From: Eledone cirrhosa
Lineage: Eukaryota
Length of the DNA stretch: 64,000 nucleotides
Direction: 5' to 3'
NCBI GenBank assembly: GCA_964016885.1
Contig: OZ024746.1
Location: forward strand, 26,536,001-26,600,000
The notes under the pieces are model-generated. The model had not been told where the DNA came from and did not search any database. It was given only the letters and a program-made list of their open reading frames with translations. The stretch's first letter is position 1, and each line of letters opens with the position of its first letter. This document shows, in pieces, positions 49,523-64,000 of this stretch. Position numbers and translations under genes: made by a program.

Positions 49523-52126
49523 TCAAGATTTGTAAGCCGTATATTTAGTTTGACTTAGTACAATATTTCTATGAGTGAACTACTTGAGTGTCTGGTTGAT
49601 GTGTTAATGTTACTACAATAGAAATAATTACCTATAGGAAAATAATAATAGTATGCACAGTTCATTACTGGTATCTTTGGATCAACACATCTATCAACAA
49701 ATCTACCAACTAATCTATCAGATGTCACGATAAATCTCTGGTCAAAATATTTACCATTAATCACTTGTTTGTACACTTCTCTTTTATTTTAAACCTATTC
49801 ATCGTGTTGGAGTTCTTCAGGTTGGTTCCTTCCAATCCTTTGGAACACATAATAATTGATTGTGTACACCTGTCTTCAGAGAATCTTGCAACAATTTAGT
49901 AATCAAAATTCAATATATATATATATATATATAGTGACGAAACATAAGTCAATTGCATGAACTCATAATCCTTTATTTACTGCTATATATATTTCGATGA
50001 TAGCCATTGAATGGCTATGACCTCATCGGGCAGTTAGTCAGTTCTTAGATATGCCAGCTCTGTGTTTATAGTGTTGATGGTATCAGAGCCTTGGGACATA
50101 TATATATATGGTAGGGGGGTGTAGGCATGATTCTCATGTTGAATACAGAAAATATTTATGCATCAGTCATGTAATAAGAAATGATACTAATAATTACTCC
50201 TGACAGAAATCTAAGAGAAAACATTCAAGGAAAAAAGGTGTAGCTAATCAAAATGACTTCAGTACATCACAGGTGTTATTTTATTGATTTTCGATGATTT
50301 GAAATCAAACCTTAATGACATAACTAATTAACGTGAATCTAACATCTAACCTAATGATAATTGTTTATATTAATATCATTTTTTGCATAGACACAATAGC
50401 ACAAAGCATAATCTATTATATCTATTTTGGTACAATATGCTATATTATCTATTATATCTACTTTGGTACAGTATGCTATATTATGTTCTCGTCATTATTA
50501 TTGTTTGTGTCATGGCTTCAGTTTATGGTTTCTATGGCTTTATTTAGTTTATGTTTTTTTTCATCAGAATCCGGCATATTTGGGGACAAATCAGTGTCAA
50601 CCAGGACACATTAATAAGCCGGATGGAATAACGTGACTGATCATACAAACTGAGGTAATCCCGGCCACAACAGGAAATACAGTCTGTCTATCCACATACA
50701 TTTATACATATAAACTGATCTCCATTCCTTTTACTGTAACACAACTAATATGTGGCTGGGTACTAATGTTAAACATTACTATTATTATTCGGATCCGGCT
50801 ATCAGCTGAGTTTATCATAAAGACTGCCCCACCGCCCTTTTTAACCAGGAACGGTAGGCAGTTTTTATCTGCCTAATGGCCATGGTGATAGAGATCATAT
50901 GTTTTTAGGATTCACTTGAAAAGGAAAATCGGGGTGGAGAGGGAAGTGCTGATTTCCAGCCAGTTTATTGAAAGATGGGTGAGAGATGTAATAATGGCCC
51001 GTGTGAATGTGTCTGCCCTGAGCGTGTGCCTGTATTACTGAAGGAAGACAATGCTTGCCTTAACAGTCTGGGTGACCTTGGCTTATGTAGGCTTTCTCCA
51101 CATGTACCCATTGGAGTCTCCTCGCCTTTGGGGATTTATGTTTGTTGTTTTAAATGTTTATTGCGTTAATATCTGTTATAAATATTATTTTACACAAAAA
51201 AATCTACAAGAAAGCATTTGGGAGTACCGGTAGAGCGTAGAGTTAAGTCCCTTTACATTCTGAGTTCAAATCCCGCCGCGGTTAACTTTGCCTTTCTTCC
51301 TTACGGGGTCGATAAAATAAAGCAGCAATTTAAACATTCATACCTGATATACATAAACAAAATATTATCTTGCTTCACACCCACCCGCACACACACATAC
51401 ACATATGTGTGTGTGTGTCTGTCTGTGTGTGTGTAAATAAACAACCAGGATTAAATTAAATCATTTAATATTTTACGAATGATACATAAAAGAAAAGAAT
51501 GAAACTAAATGTAGTTGAAATAGATGTTGATAAATGTAAAAGTTTGTGTTTACAAATGTTTAATTGTTCTTTTCAAGTGGCTTGGGAAATACACTATTGA
51601 GGCAATAATTTCTTCGTTATTTTGATAGATAGATTTATTTATTTATTTTGATAGATAGTAACCGGATACTACTAATAAACTTACATTAATATATTGCCAT
51701 TTATACATAATCAATCATTAATTAATACACATTGCCTTCAATTAACAAAGTATTTATGACAAACTTATAAAATATGCAATATTTGAAAATATCGGATTGA
51801 AAATATGTAAAAATATAGCCCCGACATAAAATTTTATGAGGAACATCAAATTAAGCCCTGTACTTAATCAGCCATTAAATTTATTCTTCTCAATATTTTA
51901 CTAAACTTTTAGACACATTCAATTTTTTCCAAACATCAGTTGTTAAAATGTTACCCAAACACACATGGTACTGTTTCGAAAATTACTTTTGAATTATATT
52001 TGTATACACAGATAATTAAGACTTTACAAAATAAAGTGTTCAAAAACTATTTTTTTTTTACTTTCTCTCTCTCATACTCTCACTCTCGACACAAACACAT
52101 ACATTCATGCAGACACACAAACACAC

Positions 52127-52348
<222 letters not shown>

Positions 52349-52512
52349 TTAAATGTGTTCCATGTATTTTATTATGCGCATTTCAAAGACAAATATCATC
52401 ATGCAATAACATTTGTGTTTTCATCAGATAAAATAGGAGGACATGATATGCAGGTTAAAAACACTTGTGGATAGTGCAGTTTTAATATCGTACTACAATA
52501 AAACTCACCTCC

Positions 52513-52551
<39 letters not shown>

Positions 52552-53027
52552 TTACATATATATATTTATATATATATACATTTACATATATATATATATA
52601 TATATATATGGTAAAACCCAGATAGACCATAACCCACCAGAGTACTTGATATTTGGGGTAGTAGAGTGGGTAACATGAAAAGATTCAGGACCCCGACGGC
52701 TGAACTCCGGCCGTTTCGACAGCTAGATCAAAACTAAAGCGCCAGTAGTCGTGATTAAGGAAGTGGTTTTTATACCGGCTCTCTCACATACCCACATATC
52801 TCCAGGATTCGTTTCTTGATATTGATTCAATGAAGAGACATCAGATCGTAAATTATCGCTGGGTTGATGCATTTTTGATCCTGCGGTCATGACTCCGATT
52901 ATTTACAAGAACATTCAATTTACCAATTCATTTACTTCGGCACAGGTTGAAAGAGTTGTCCCTCCGGCCCACGAAACGTACGACTCTCGTATGGCGCCAT
53001 TGTAGTAACAATAAATGTAGAAGAACA

Positions 53028-53566
53028 TTGTAGGAGAAATTTTCACAGTTGGGGAGGTGACATTCAGTGTTCTACAATCATGTAGTTGCTGCTAAATGAG
53101 AGTTTACAATATTCTTTGTTTATCTTTTTAGTAATTGGGAAATTCCTACACTATAACCATATCTATAGTCTAATGCTCTCCATAACTGACCATCTCTTCA
53201 TCAATTTAGCTACTATTTATCTTGAAATTCATTATGAAATCTGTTTATAAATTTATTTACACAGTGGCGTATGATTTCGCGAATATTTAGTTCTTGCTTC
53301 TGTGTAGAAATCCCCAATATACCTAATTTAAATATTTATCACTGATCCAGAATGTAATTATTCTCTTAAAATATAATAAAATATTTCTGGTTTTAATTAC
53401 TGATGAAGTTTAAATATTTCCTTGTTTAATTAATAGAATCTTTAAACCTTTTTTTCTCCTCCAGATTGGCAATATACATTGGTTTTATACATCTCAACAT
53501 GGATGACATTGATATATATTCTTTTATTTTCAGATATTCCAGTTGTTTTCAAAAGTCCAAAACAAG
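53028..53566 (+). pseudogene. Inverted paralog fragment, unit 4
   Basis: As unit 1. Confidence 0.85.
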
Positions 53567-55415
53567 TAATACCCTCAGCGCCCCAATCCTATTTCCAGAG
53601 AGACCTGCCTACACGCAAGTTGTAAATAATATATAACAAATAAAATAGTTAATTTTTATATAATAAAATAATGTAATATATTCTATGTATAAATAAATAT
53701 TATATATTTTTTATTTTACTATATTGATATATATTGTTATACTTGGGGAGGGTCATATTTGTGTAATATTGCCAGAATTAATAATAGAACACACTTACTG
53801 TTGAGTTGGTTTTCGCTTTTCACTTCTGTGTCTTTTATATTGGTAATCTAATTTATTCGGTCCTCAATGTTGCCATTCACTGACCAACGGTCAAAAATAA
53901 TACAGATACAATATAGACACAAACACATATATATATAGTTTATCAACGTTCTTTCGTTGTACATCTGCAACATCGTCAGTGGTGCTATTGTTTCCTCCCG
54001 TTACATTCTATTTTCTACGCCATCTTCATTTAGTCTGTTTATATATTTATTTATTTGTTTATTTTATTTTGACTTCTTTGCGCATGCGTTTGCGTGTGTG
54101 TATAGTGTTTTGTTTGATGTGTGTTCGTGATTGGGTGACTGTGTATTGGTTAATGTATTCTATCTTTACTAGTGTGTGTTTATATGTGTTTGTTGTTATT
54201 GTGCTTGTGTATGTATTTATTTATTTATTTATCTATTTATTTATTTATTTATACTTCTCTTAGGGCAGTGTTGTTTGTTTGGGTGTTGTTATTCCATTCA
54301 TTCTTTCTGTTTAGCCTTGGCCTTCTAAGATCTATTTCACTGGCCTCTCTGATTTGCCTATCTGCTGGGTCATTTCTATGTTTAGATATTATTCTAATTT
54401 CTATGTTGTCTATGTTACCGTCGTGTTATCTGGCATGTTCGTATAGTACTGACCCATTTTTTCGTCCTTTTAGTTCCCTCTAGTGTTGGTCTATCCTTTC
54501 ACCTGTGCTACAAGCTGTCTCTCCTTTGTATGTTGCTGTCATGTTTCTGCAAGTACCCTCTGTACATCTTATGCTATAGACTACGTTTCTAGTTTTACAA
54601 TTTATCCGTATAAATTTTATATTTTATATTTTATATTTTATATTTTATATACTATTATATCATCTCTATCGTCCCCTTAGGCCGAAGCACCCCATGACCT
54701 TCTCAACGCTCCTGGGGTGGGGGCGTTAGCGTCCACTTTAAGAACCTTTGGTTTATGCGCACTAAAACATGGCACCATTGAAGTAAAGAGATGGGAAAGC
54801 CCTCATCAAAGAGATGGACACAATGAAACTCTAGATTTTGATGGAATACCTGTTGAGCTGATCCGCTTTCGAGGTGACAATGTTGCTATGGCCATTCATA
54901 GACTAGTCTCATCAGTTTGGCATTGTGGGCCTATCCCGCAAGGCTGGGTAGATGCAATTTTGCTCTTGATTTACAATGGCAAGAGCTCCAAGTTTAAATG
55001 CGGTGGTTATCGTAGTATAAGTCTGCTCGATTCGGAAGGGAATGTTGTATCCAAGGTCTTGCTGAATCGTCTAAATGGATCTGTCCTGGGGCCATCCCTG
55101 ATAGCCAGGAACTAGGCGGAGTACTGTGGACAGGATTTTTGCAGTCCATCAGCTTATGGAGTGCGTTGAGCAGCAAGTGTCACTGTACAAAGTATTTGTG
55201 AACTTTATCAAAACCTTTGATACTGTTAATCGTAGAACATTGTGAATCATATTGGGGAAATTTGGATGACGTCATGAATTTGTTGGAATATGCAAAAAAT
55301 TCCATCAAAATATGAAAACAAAAGTGAACTTCAACGGGACACTTTCAGAGCCAATTTCAATGGCAAACGGTGTCTAGCAAGGTGGCATTCCTGCACCCAC
55401 TCTGTTTACCATCAA

Positions 55416-56450
55416 TGACCATATCTTTCTTAATCGGGTGAAATATTCCCTGGTTACGCGTTCCTTGTCACCGATACCATCATAGGATATATTCTCATCT
55501 ATCCCTAGGTATCTGTAGCAGTTCTTGTCACATATCGGTGAAACAATTAAGCTATTGATAAAAATGTTGCTAGATTGGCTTGTAGTTTTTCCCCGTTTTA
55601 CAATCACATATGAACATTTAGGCTAAATTCCATTCCTATATCCTTTGAGAATGCCGTAACCAGGTCAAGATTTTTCTTCATCTCATTTATCTTTTTGGCA
55701 TAGAGTTTCAGGTCATCCACAAAGAAATTATCGGTTAGGTTCCTATTTCTCTCCTCCTGGGAACCAATTATGTATCCTTCACATTTCTTGAGCAGAAAGG
55801 ACAAGGGGTTTAATTACAGAATAAATAGTAACACAGAGAGAATATACTCCTGTGATATTATATTTCATCAGTGAAAATAGCATCCTTCTCCTCTGTTTTT
55901 AACTTTAGGATAGTAGCCCAAGAAGAAGATAGGTTCTCTATGGCTCTGATAATAGTATCTGGGACTATCATCCAAGAGTGGGGAACAGAACTTTCCTGTA
56001 GTCCAGCCAGACTGTAACCACATTCTTGCTAAGTTGTTGCATCTCTCATTCCAGCTGCTTGCTCATCTGTTATGATGTTATTATTGTCGCAGGGATTTTG
56101 GAGAAATAGGTTCAAGCAGGCTGCATACATTTTATACATTAGATTCTGGCATGCAACGTGTGGGTAGTTATTTTTTTAAATTCCAAATGGGTGTCTTTGG
56201 AGACCAATATTGTTTGTGTTAATGTCAACACCCCTGGTATATGTGCATCTCCCAGGAGGGCTTTCTGGTAGAGGTTGATCATATACATCCGATAGAATGT
56301 CAGTTTTTTGTACAAGTAGCCAATAATCAAGTCTCTTCCTGCTGTTTTATTAGCTTGGAGGTTTCCTATCACAGTCTGAAGGGTATCATCATTTAATCTG
56401 TATGGATTTGTTGCAGTGTAGGGGCAGTAGTTCTTTTGCATTTATAGGTG
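55416..56450 (-). mobile_element. R4/Dong-like fragment, unit 4
   Basis: Same motifs. Confidence 0.75.
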
Positions 56451-57408
56451 GAACTAGGACCAATACAACCGAATTAAGCTGAGGTAATGGTAATTCAAAC
56501 AATTTAATTTTAATGATACTTCCAAAACTGGCTCCTTGTCTCATTAGAATTAAAACTGCTAGATCAGCAGTAGGAAATATTTTTATGCCGGTATACACAC
56601 TTAGAAATTAACTGACAACAATGAAGCCACAATTTGAAAAACATATAGTCCCGCTAAAGTTCAAGCCTTTGGAAATATATAATTTCGAATGTAGTTGTTA
56701 CTTTTCGTAACAATCATAATAAATTGAACAGATTAACGTTCAATATAATGAAATCATCAAGAACGTTCTGCTTCTTTCAGTTGGCAGTAAATATTATTTT
56801 GGAAAGTTCGATATAAATATCTCAACCCTGTGTCAGAGTTTTTTCATGTTTGCCAGACCATCACCAATATTGTTATAGCGAAGTTTATTGTGAAATAAAC
56901 CTTCAATCATATACTGTATATGATATACATTTCAAAGTATATTATATATATAATATGAATACATTACACATTATAATAAATTGTAAACAAACGAAAGTAA
57001 GGTTTAAAAAAGTCAAACGTAATATAAATTCAATATCTTTAATGTTTCAATAAAAAAAATATAAATATAAAAAGTTTATATAACAAATAATTATCTAAAA
57101 TATAGATATATATTTTACAGTTCCAGTTTGGTGTTATCAATAATACCATTTCATTAGGATTATAAATTTAAAGAAATGATACATAATATTACATAGGATA
57201 TAAATGTAGAGTTCTCTGTTATATATCAAGCATTACAGAGAAATTAGATAAAATATTCATATTTTTAGAAAATATATTTACAAAATTACAACAGTATTGT
57301 TGAGAATTGAAGCTGAAACACTTCTACATATTTATAACGATACACTTGTATCTGGGTGTCTAACTGACAGGGGTACCAAGGAATATTATAGATTGAGCAT
57401 TAGATATT

Positions 57409-58536
57409 TCACATGTATGATTTAAGTATTTGTTGAATATGGTTTATATGTTCAAGAAGAGTATGTAGTGTAACCATGGTAAACCATCGATGTTCAATGA
57501 TTGGAATATCTGTTGGTACAAAGAGACTCTCATTCACATCCTCATTGTTTTGGACTTTCGAAGACAACTGAAATATCTGAAAATAAAAGGATATATATCA
57601 GGTTAAAATATACTCATATAATCTTACATATATATGTATATACAGATATGCTATTAACGCTCTTACGTTAGTTTGAGCTTTATATTTTATACATGTGTAT
57701 TATCAAAGAATTTGCATTACTTAAATGTTAGTAGTATAACTCCGATATAAAGTATCTACTGTAGAATCTTCATTTCATTATAGGAAATATCAAATCAATT
57801 AACAATGGATATATTATATTATCAATACTTACTGGTAAACTTAGTAGAATTTTCAGATCAAATAAGTAATAAACAGTCTGTCTTAGATAACAATAGAATA
57901 TAGCATCTGATGTTCGTGTGAGTTTAGAACAAGCAGCTGGGTAGTAACACTGTGCCCCTATACGTGTGGCAGGAGCACACAGATTGTCATATTCTCTCTT
58001 CACCTGATTCTTCATCACAACAACATATTTATTAAGAGTTGTAGACATGTTGAACAGAGACATCTGTAATGAAGAATTGTGAGAAATTATATATTTCAAA
58101 TCACTGTCATTTCTATAAAATGTATTATGAGTTCATGAGACAATAAACATAAGATGTTCAAAGCTAATATATTGTTTTGTCTTAATTTTATGATATTGTG
58201 CTAATGATAGAAATATATATATACAAACCTTTAATAAATCAATGTTGTTGACGGTGATATTGTCCTGAATATTCATCTGTGGAAATTTAACATCCATATT
58301 GTGGAGTAACTTGTTTATAAATTGTGGACAGCTTTTAGCAAACAGCAATGGAGCATTATTACACTGTAGAAAAATATATAACACTTTATGAGATAGGATG
58401 GAGAGTCTGACACATGTTATATAGAACACATTATTTTAATTTAAATTATACTAATATATCTATTATAAATATTCATCTGAGTGAGAAAGTCAGAGTGATA
58501 GAGACAGAGAGAGAGAGAGACAGAGAGAGAGGGAGG

Positions 58537-58605
<69 letters not shown>

Positions 58606-59567
58606 CAATTGATAAAGATAGAAAAATAAAGAGAGAAAGAGAGAGAGCGAGAGAGAGGTAGTAAGAAAAGATTGGGAAAAGTAATGAATTCTTAACTTAC
58701 ATAATTAATCAAAGTATTGTTTACGGCTGCTGTGGTTCTTTTTGCTAACGTCAATGCCGTATCTATTTCAGTTTTTATATCAGATATATCAGATAATTCA
58801 GTTGTTGTTGTTGTAGATTGTATAGGTAATCCATGGATCAATGTCATCCATGTTGAGAGACATAAAACCAATGTATATTGCCAATCTGGAGGAGAAAAAA
58901 AGGTATAAAGATTTTATTAATTAAACAAGGAAATATTTAAACTTTATCAGTAATTAATACGAGAAATATTTTATTATATTTTAAGAGAAGAATTAGATTC
59001 TGGAACATTGATGAATATTTAAATTAGGAATATTGGGGATTTCTACACAGAAGCAGGAACTAAATCTTCGCGAAATCATACCCCACTGTGTAAACAAAAT
59101 TATAGACAGATTTCATAATGAATTTCAAGATAATCAATAACTAAATTGATGACGAGATGCTTAGTTATGGAGAGCCTTAGACTATAGTATGGTTGTAGTG
59201 TACTACAAAAATAAACAAACAATATTATAAACTCTCATTTAGCAGCAACTATATGGTTGTAGAACACTGAATGTCACCTCCCCAACTGTGAACATTCCTC
59301 CTACAACACACATAGATAGATAAAATAGAATAATTATAAGAAAAGAAAGAGAAGATACTGAAGAATAATCATTGGATAAATGGGAAAGTATGTGAAGAAA
59401 GACATCTTACGATTAAACACACAATCACATAACTGATGGGGAATGGGTCATTTACCTGAGATATATATATATATATATATATAATTAATACATTAACAGA
59501 GAAAGCCTTAAGCGATACTCTGACCAACTCCATCTCACTCAACAAACATTAGGATATACCTATATAA

Positions 59568-59604
<37 letters not shown>

Positions 59605-59861
59605 ACAACTCAAACAGCAATATTACAGTGACTATAACATAGAATATTCTACTTACACATGTTGATCTTTTATAAATTTGTTAGAGGAAATATAAGTTAA
59701 TGTGAGACGTCAGTAAATTTGCTTGTACTCTTTTGAATACAATTAATAAATGATAGTCAATAGAATTATAATGTGACTTTATATACTTACCAGTGAAACT
59801 TATATATTTGGAAATACCGTTGATATATATTGAAGATGGAGAATTTGAAGGTTCCCAACAT
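57409..59861 (-). pseudogene. Cytokine-like gene copy 5, same exon 1 frameshift
   Basis: Exons 59861-59791 (71 nt), 58885-58701, 58363-58229, 58063-57833, 57576-57409. Confidence 0.65.
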
Positions 59862-60926
59862 CCATAGTTTACTATTTAGATGAGAATAGATTTACTTTCA
59901 GTTGTAGAGACCGGCGTATCTATTTATAATCCCAATTTTAGTAGGAGAGATAAAAGTAGAGGGAGAGAAGGACGGGGTGAGAGGATGGTGAGAGAAAAAA
60001 GAGAAAGTTAAGTGAGAGAGAGAGGGGGAGAGAGAGGCGGCGGGAGAGAGTGAAAGTAATACGTAGGATGGAGGACGTGTGAATGGAGGGAGAAGAAGAG
60101 AGTAGTTAAGTGTAACAATGAATAACTATTTTTATCTTAATTTTAGGTCAAAAGTCTATTTTACTTTATTTCATTGATGGGAAACATTTATTTCGTAGAA
60201 GTGTCATTTTAAACATTTAGAATCACACACAAACACAAATCTTGGTTTTATATATATTATGTTTCTGTCAGAGCCAAAACTTCCAACAAAGATTTTGATG
60301 CTAAGAAGTAAATGCTATTTATGTTAAAATATTTGTGTTTTTCATATTGTAATATTTTCAATTTCTTCTGATAAAGAAATTCGCGTTTAATTTATTGTGT
60401 ATTGTTTTGTTTGTCTGTTTGTTTTGTTGTTTTTTTTTTCTTTTATTTTCGATATTCCATAACCTCCGCTGAGAAAATACCACAATTCTTGGAATATGCA
60501 ACACTTTCATTATGAAACATAAGACGGAAGTGTTACAATACATGTGACCTCCTACACAGCATCACACTGTCATAGTAATAGTAAAATATATGTCAGTTTC
60601 CATAAACGCTGAAACATAACTGAAAGTAAACAATTATCATTTAGTAAATATAGAATATTAAAGAGGTTATATTTTATATTACGTGCATGTGGTTAGAATG
60701 TCTGAAGAATGAATCAATGGACAGATTTGACGGACAAAACCAACTGGCAGGGTATCCTGGGTGCAACCCGAGTAAGACGGTAGGGTAAAATACATGAGAT
60801 CGGCTGGTCTCAATTGAGTATCCAGCCAGATCAAATATTGATTAAATAGATCATCAATAGTTTTGGAGGATTGGGGGTCATCCTTCTCTCTCCGTATTAC
60901 ATGAGTTATAAATCATAGGTTTGTTA

Positions 60927-61276
60927 ATTTTCTCCAGTGTATAGGTGTGGTGATCTTCTCCAGTGTATAGGTGTGGTGATCTTCTCCAGTCTATAGGTGT
61001 GGTGATCTTCTCCAGTCTATAGGTGTGGTGATTTTCTCCAGTCTATAGGTGTGGTGATTTTCTCCAGTCTATAGGTGTGGTGATTTTCTCCAGTCTATAG
61101 GTGTGGTGGTGATTTTCTCCAGTCTATAGGTGTGGGGATTTTCTCCAGTCTCTAGGTGTCGGGGATTTTCTCCTGTCTATAGGTGTGGTGATTTTCTCCA
61201 GTCTATAGGTGTGGTTATTTTCTCCTGTCTATAGGTATGGTGATTTTTTCCAGTCTATAGGTGTCGGGGATTTTCT
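60927..61276. repeat. 26-bp minisatellite, ~13 copies
   Basis: Matches the unit 4 allele. Confidence 0.95.
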
Positions 61277-63894
61277 TCAAGATTTGTAAGCCGTATATTT
61301 AGTTTGACTTAGTACAATATTTCTATGAGTGAACTACTTGAGTGTCTGGTTGATGTGTTAATGTTACTACAATAGAAATAATTACCTATAGGAAAATAAT
61401 AATAGTATGCACAGTTCATTACTGGTATCTTTGGATCAACACATCTATCAACAAATCTACCAACTAATCTATCAGATGTCACGATAAATCTCTGGTCAAA
61501 ATATTTACCATTAATCACTTGTTTGTACACTTCTCTTTTATTTTAAACCTATTCATCGTGTTGGAGTTCTTCAGGTTGGTTCCTTCCAATCCTTTGGAAC
61601 ACATAATAATTGATTGTGTACACCTGTCTTCAGAGAATCTTGCAACAATTTAGTAATCAAAATTCAATATATATATATATATATATAGTGACGAAACATA
61701 AGTCAATTGCATGAACTCATAATCCTTTATTTACTGCTATATATATTTCGATGATAGCCATTGAATGGCTATGACCTCATCGGGCAGTTAGTCAGTTCTT
61801 AGATATGCCAGCTCTGTGTTTATAGTGTTGATGGTATCAGAGCCTTGGGACATATATATATATATGGTAGGGGGGTGTAGGCATGATTCTCATGTTGAAT
61901 ACAGAAAATATTTATGCATCAGTCATGTAATAAGAAATGATACTAATAATTACTCCTGACAGAAATCTAAGAGAAAACATTCAAGGAAAAAAGGTGTAGC
62001 TAATCAAAATGACTTCAGTACATCACAGGTGTTATTTTATTGATTTTCGATGATTTGAAATCAAACCTTAATGACATAACTAATTAACGTGAATCTAACA
62101 TCTAACCTAATGATAATTGTTTATATTAATATCATTTTTTGCATAGACACAATAGCACAAAGCATAATCTATTATATCTATTTTGGTACAATATGCTATA
62201 TTATCTATTATATCTACTTTGGTACAGTATGCTATATTATGTTCTCGTCATTATTATTGTTTGTGTCATGGCTTCAGTTTATGGTTTCTATGGCTTTATT
62301 TAGTTTATGTTTTTTTTCATCAGAATCCGGCATATTTGGGGACAAATCAGTGTCAACCAGGACACATTAATAAGCCGGATGGAATAACGTGACTGATCAT
62401 ACAAACTGAGGTAATCCCGGCCACAACAGGAAATACAGTCTGTCTATCCACATACATTTATACATATAAACTGATCTCCATTCCTTTTACTGTAACACAA
62501 CTAATATGTGGCTGGGTACTAATGTTAAACATTACTATTATTATTCGGATCCGGCTATCAGCTGAGTTTATCATAAAGACTGCCCCACCGCCCTTTTTAA
62601 CCAGGAACGGTAGGCAGTTTTTATCTGCCTAATGGCCATGGTGATAGAGATCATATGTTTTTAGGATTCACTTGAAAAGGAAAATCGGGGTGGAGAGGGA
62701 AGTGCTGATTTCCAGCCAGTTTATTGAAAGATGGGTGAGAGATGTAATAATGGCCCGTGTGAATGTGTCTGCCCTGAGCGTGTGCCTGTATTACTGAAGG
62801 AAGACAATGCTTGCCTTAACAGTCTGGGTGACCTTGGCTTATGTAGGCTTTCTCCACATGTACCCATTGGAGTCTCCTCGCCTTTGGGGATTTATGTTTG
62901 TTGTTTTAAATGTTTATTGCGTTAATATCTGTTATAAATATTATTTTACACAAAAAAATCTACAAGAAAGCATTTGGGAGTACCGGTAGAGCGTAGAGTT
63001 AAGTCCCTTTACATTCTGAGTTCAAATCCCGCCGCGGTTAACTTTGCCTTTCTTCCTTACGGGGTCGATAAAATAAAGCAGCAATTTAAACATTCATACC
63101 TGATATACATAAACAAAATATTATCTTGCTTCACACCCACCCGCACACACACATACACATATGTGTGTGTGTGTCTGTCTGTGTGTGTGTAAATAAACAA
63201 CCAGGATTAAATTAAATCATTTAATATTTTACGAATGATACATAAAAGAAAAGAATGAAACTAAATGTAGTTGAAATAGATGTTGATAAATGTAAAAGTT
63301 TGTGTTTACAAATGTTTAATTGTTCTTTTCAAGTGGCTTGGGAAATACACTATTGAGGCAATAATTTCTTCGTTATTTTGATAGATAGATTTATTTATTT
63401 ATTTTGATAGATAGTAACCGGATACTACTAATAAACTTACATTAATATATTGCCATTTATACATAATCAATCATTAATTAATACACATTGCCTTCAATTA
63501 ACAAAGTATTTATGACAAACTTATAAAATATGCAATATTTGAAAATATCGGATTGAAAATATGTAAAAATATAGCCCCGACATAAAATTTTATGAGGAAC
63601 ATCAAATTAAGCCCTGTACTTAATCAGCCATTAAATTTATTCTTCTCAATATTTTACTAAACTTTTAGACACATTCAATTTTTTCCAAACATCAGTTGTT
63701 AAAATGTTACCCAAACACACATGGTACTGTTTCGAAAATTACTTTTGAATTATATTTGTATACACAGATAATTAAGACTTTACAAAATAAAGTGTTCAAA
63801 AACTATTTTTTTTTTACTTTCTCTCTCTCATACTCTCACTCTCGACACAAACACATACATTCATGCAGACACACAAACACACACATCTTTTGAT

Positions 63895-64000
<106 letters not shown>

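Overview
AT-rich, microsatellite-laden eukaryotic DNA, most likely an octopod cephalopod (it carries an Octopus-type tRNA-derived SINE). The whole window is a head-to-tail tandem array of about 5.5 near-identical units (periods 12072, 16484, 16973 and 11751 bp). Each unit carries a minus-strand five-exon gene that the ORF track only shows in fragments. Spliced by hand it gives a 263-aa secreted protein: signal peptide, 6 mature-chain Cys, intron phases 1-0-0-0 and four amphipathic helices. This is the architecture of long-chain four-helix cytokines (IL-6/G-CSF/GH type; Unpaired is the fly functional analogue), so it is a candidate mollusc JAK/STAT ligand family. Copies 1-3 are intact; copies 4-5 have a 2-nt (TA) slip in exon 1. 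Each unit also has a TATA box, STAT-like sites, a 26-bp minisatellite with kB-like motifs, an orphan hammerhead-like remnant and, in the four complete units, an inverted deleted paralog fragment and decayed RTE and R4-type LINE pieces. Units 2-3 carry a young Penelope-like element (RT + GIY-YIG, pLTRs, hammerhead ribozymes). All protein-family assignments come from reading the sequence only; no searches were run.
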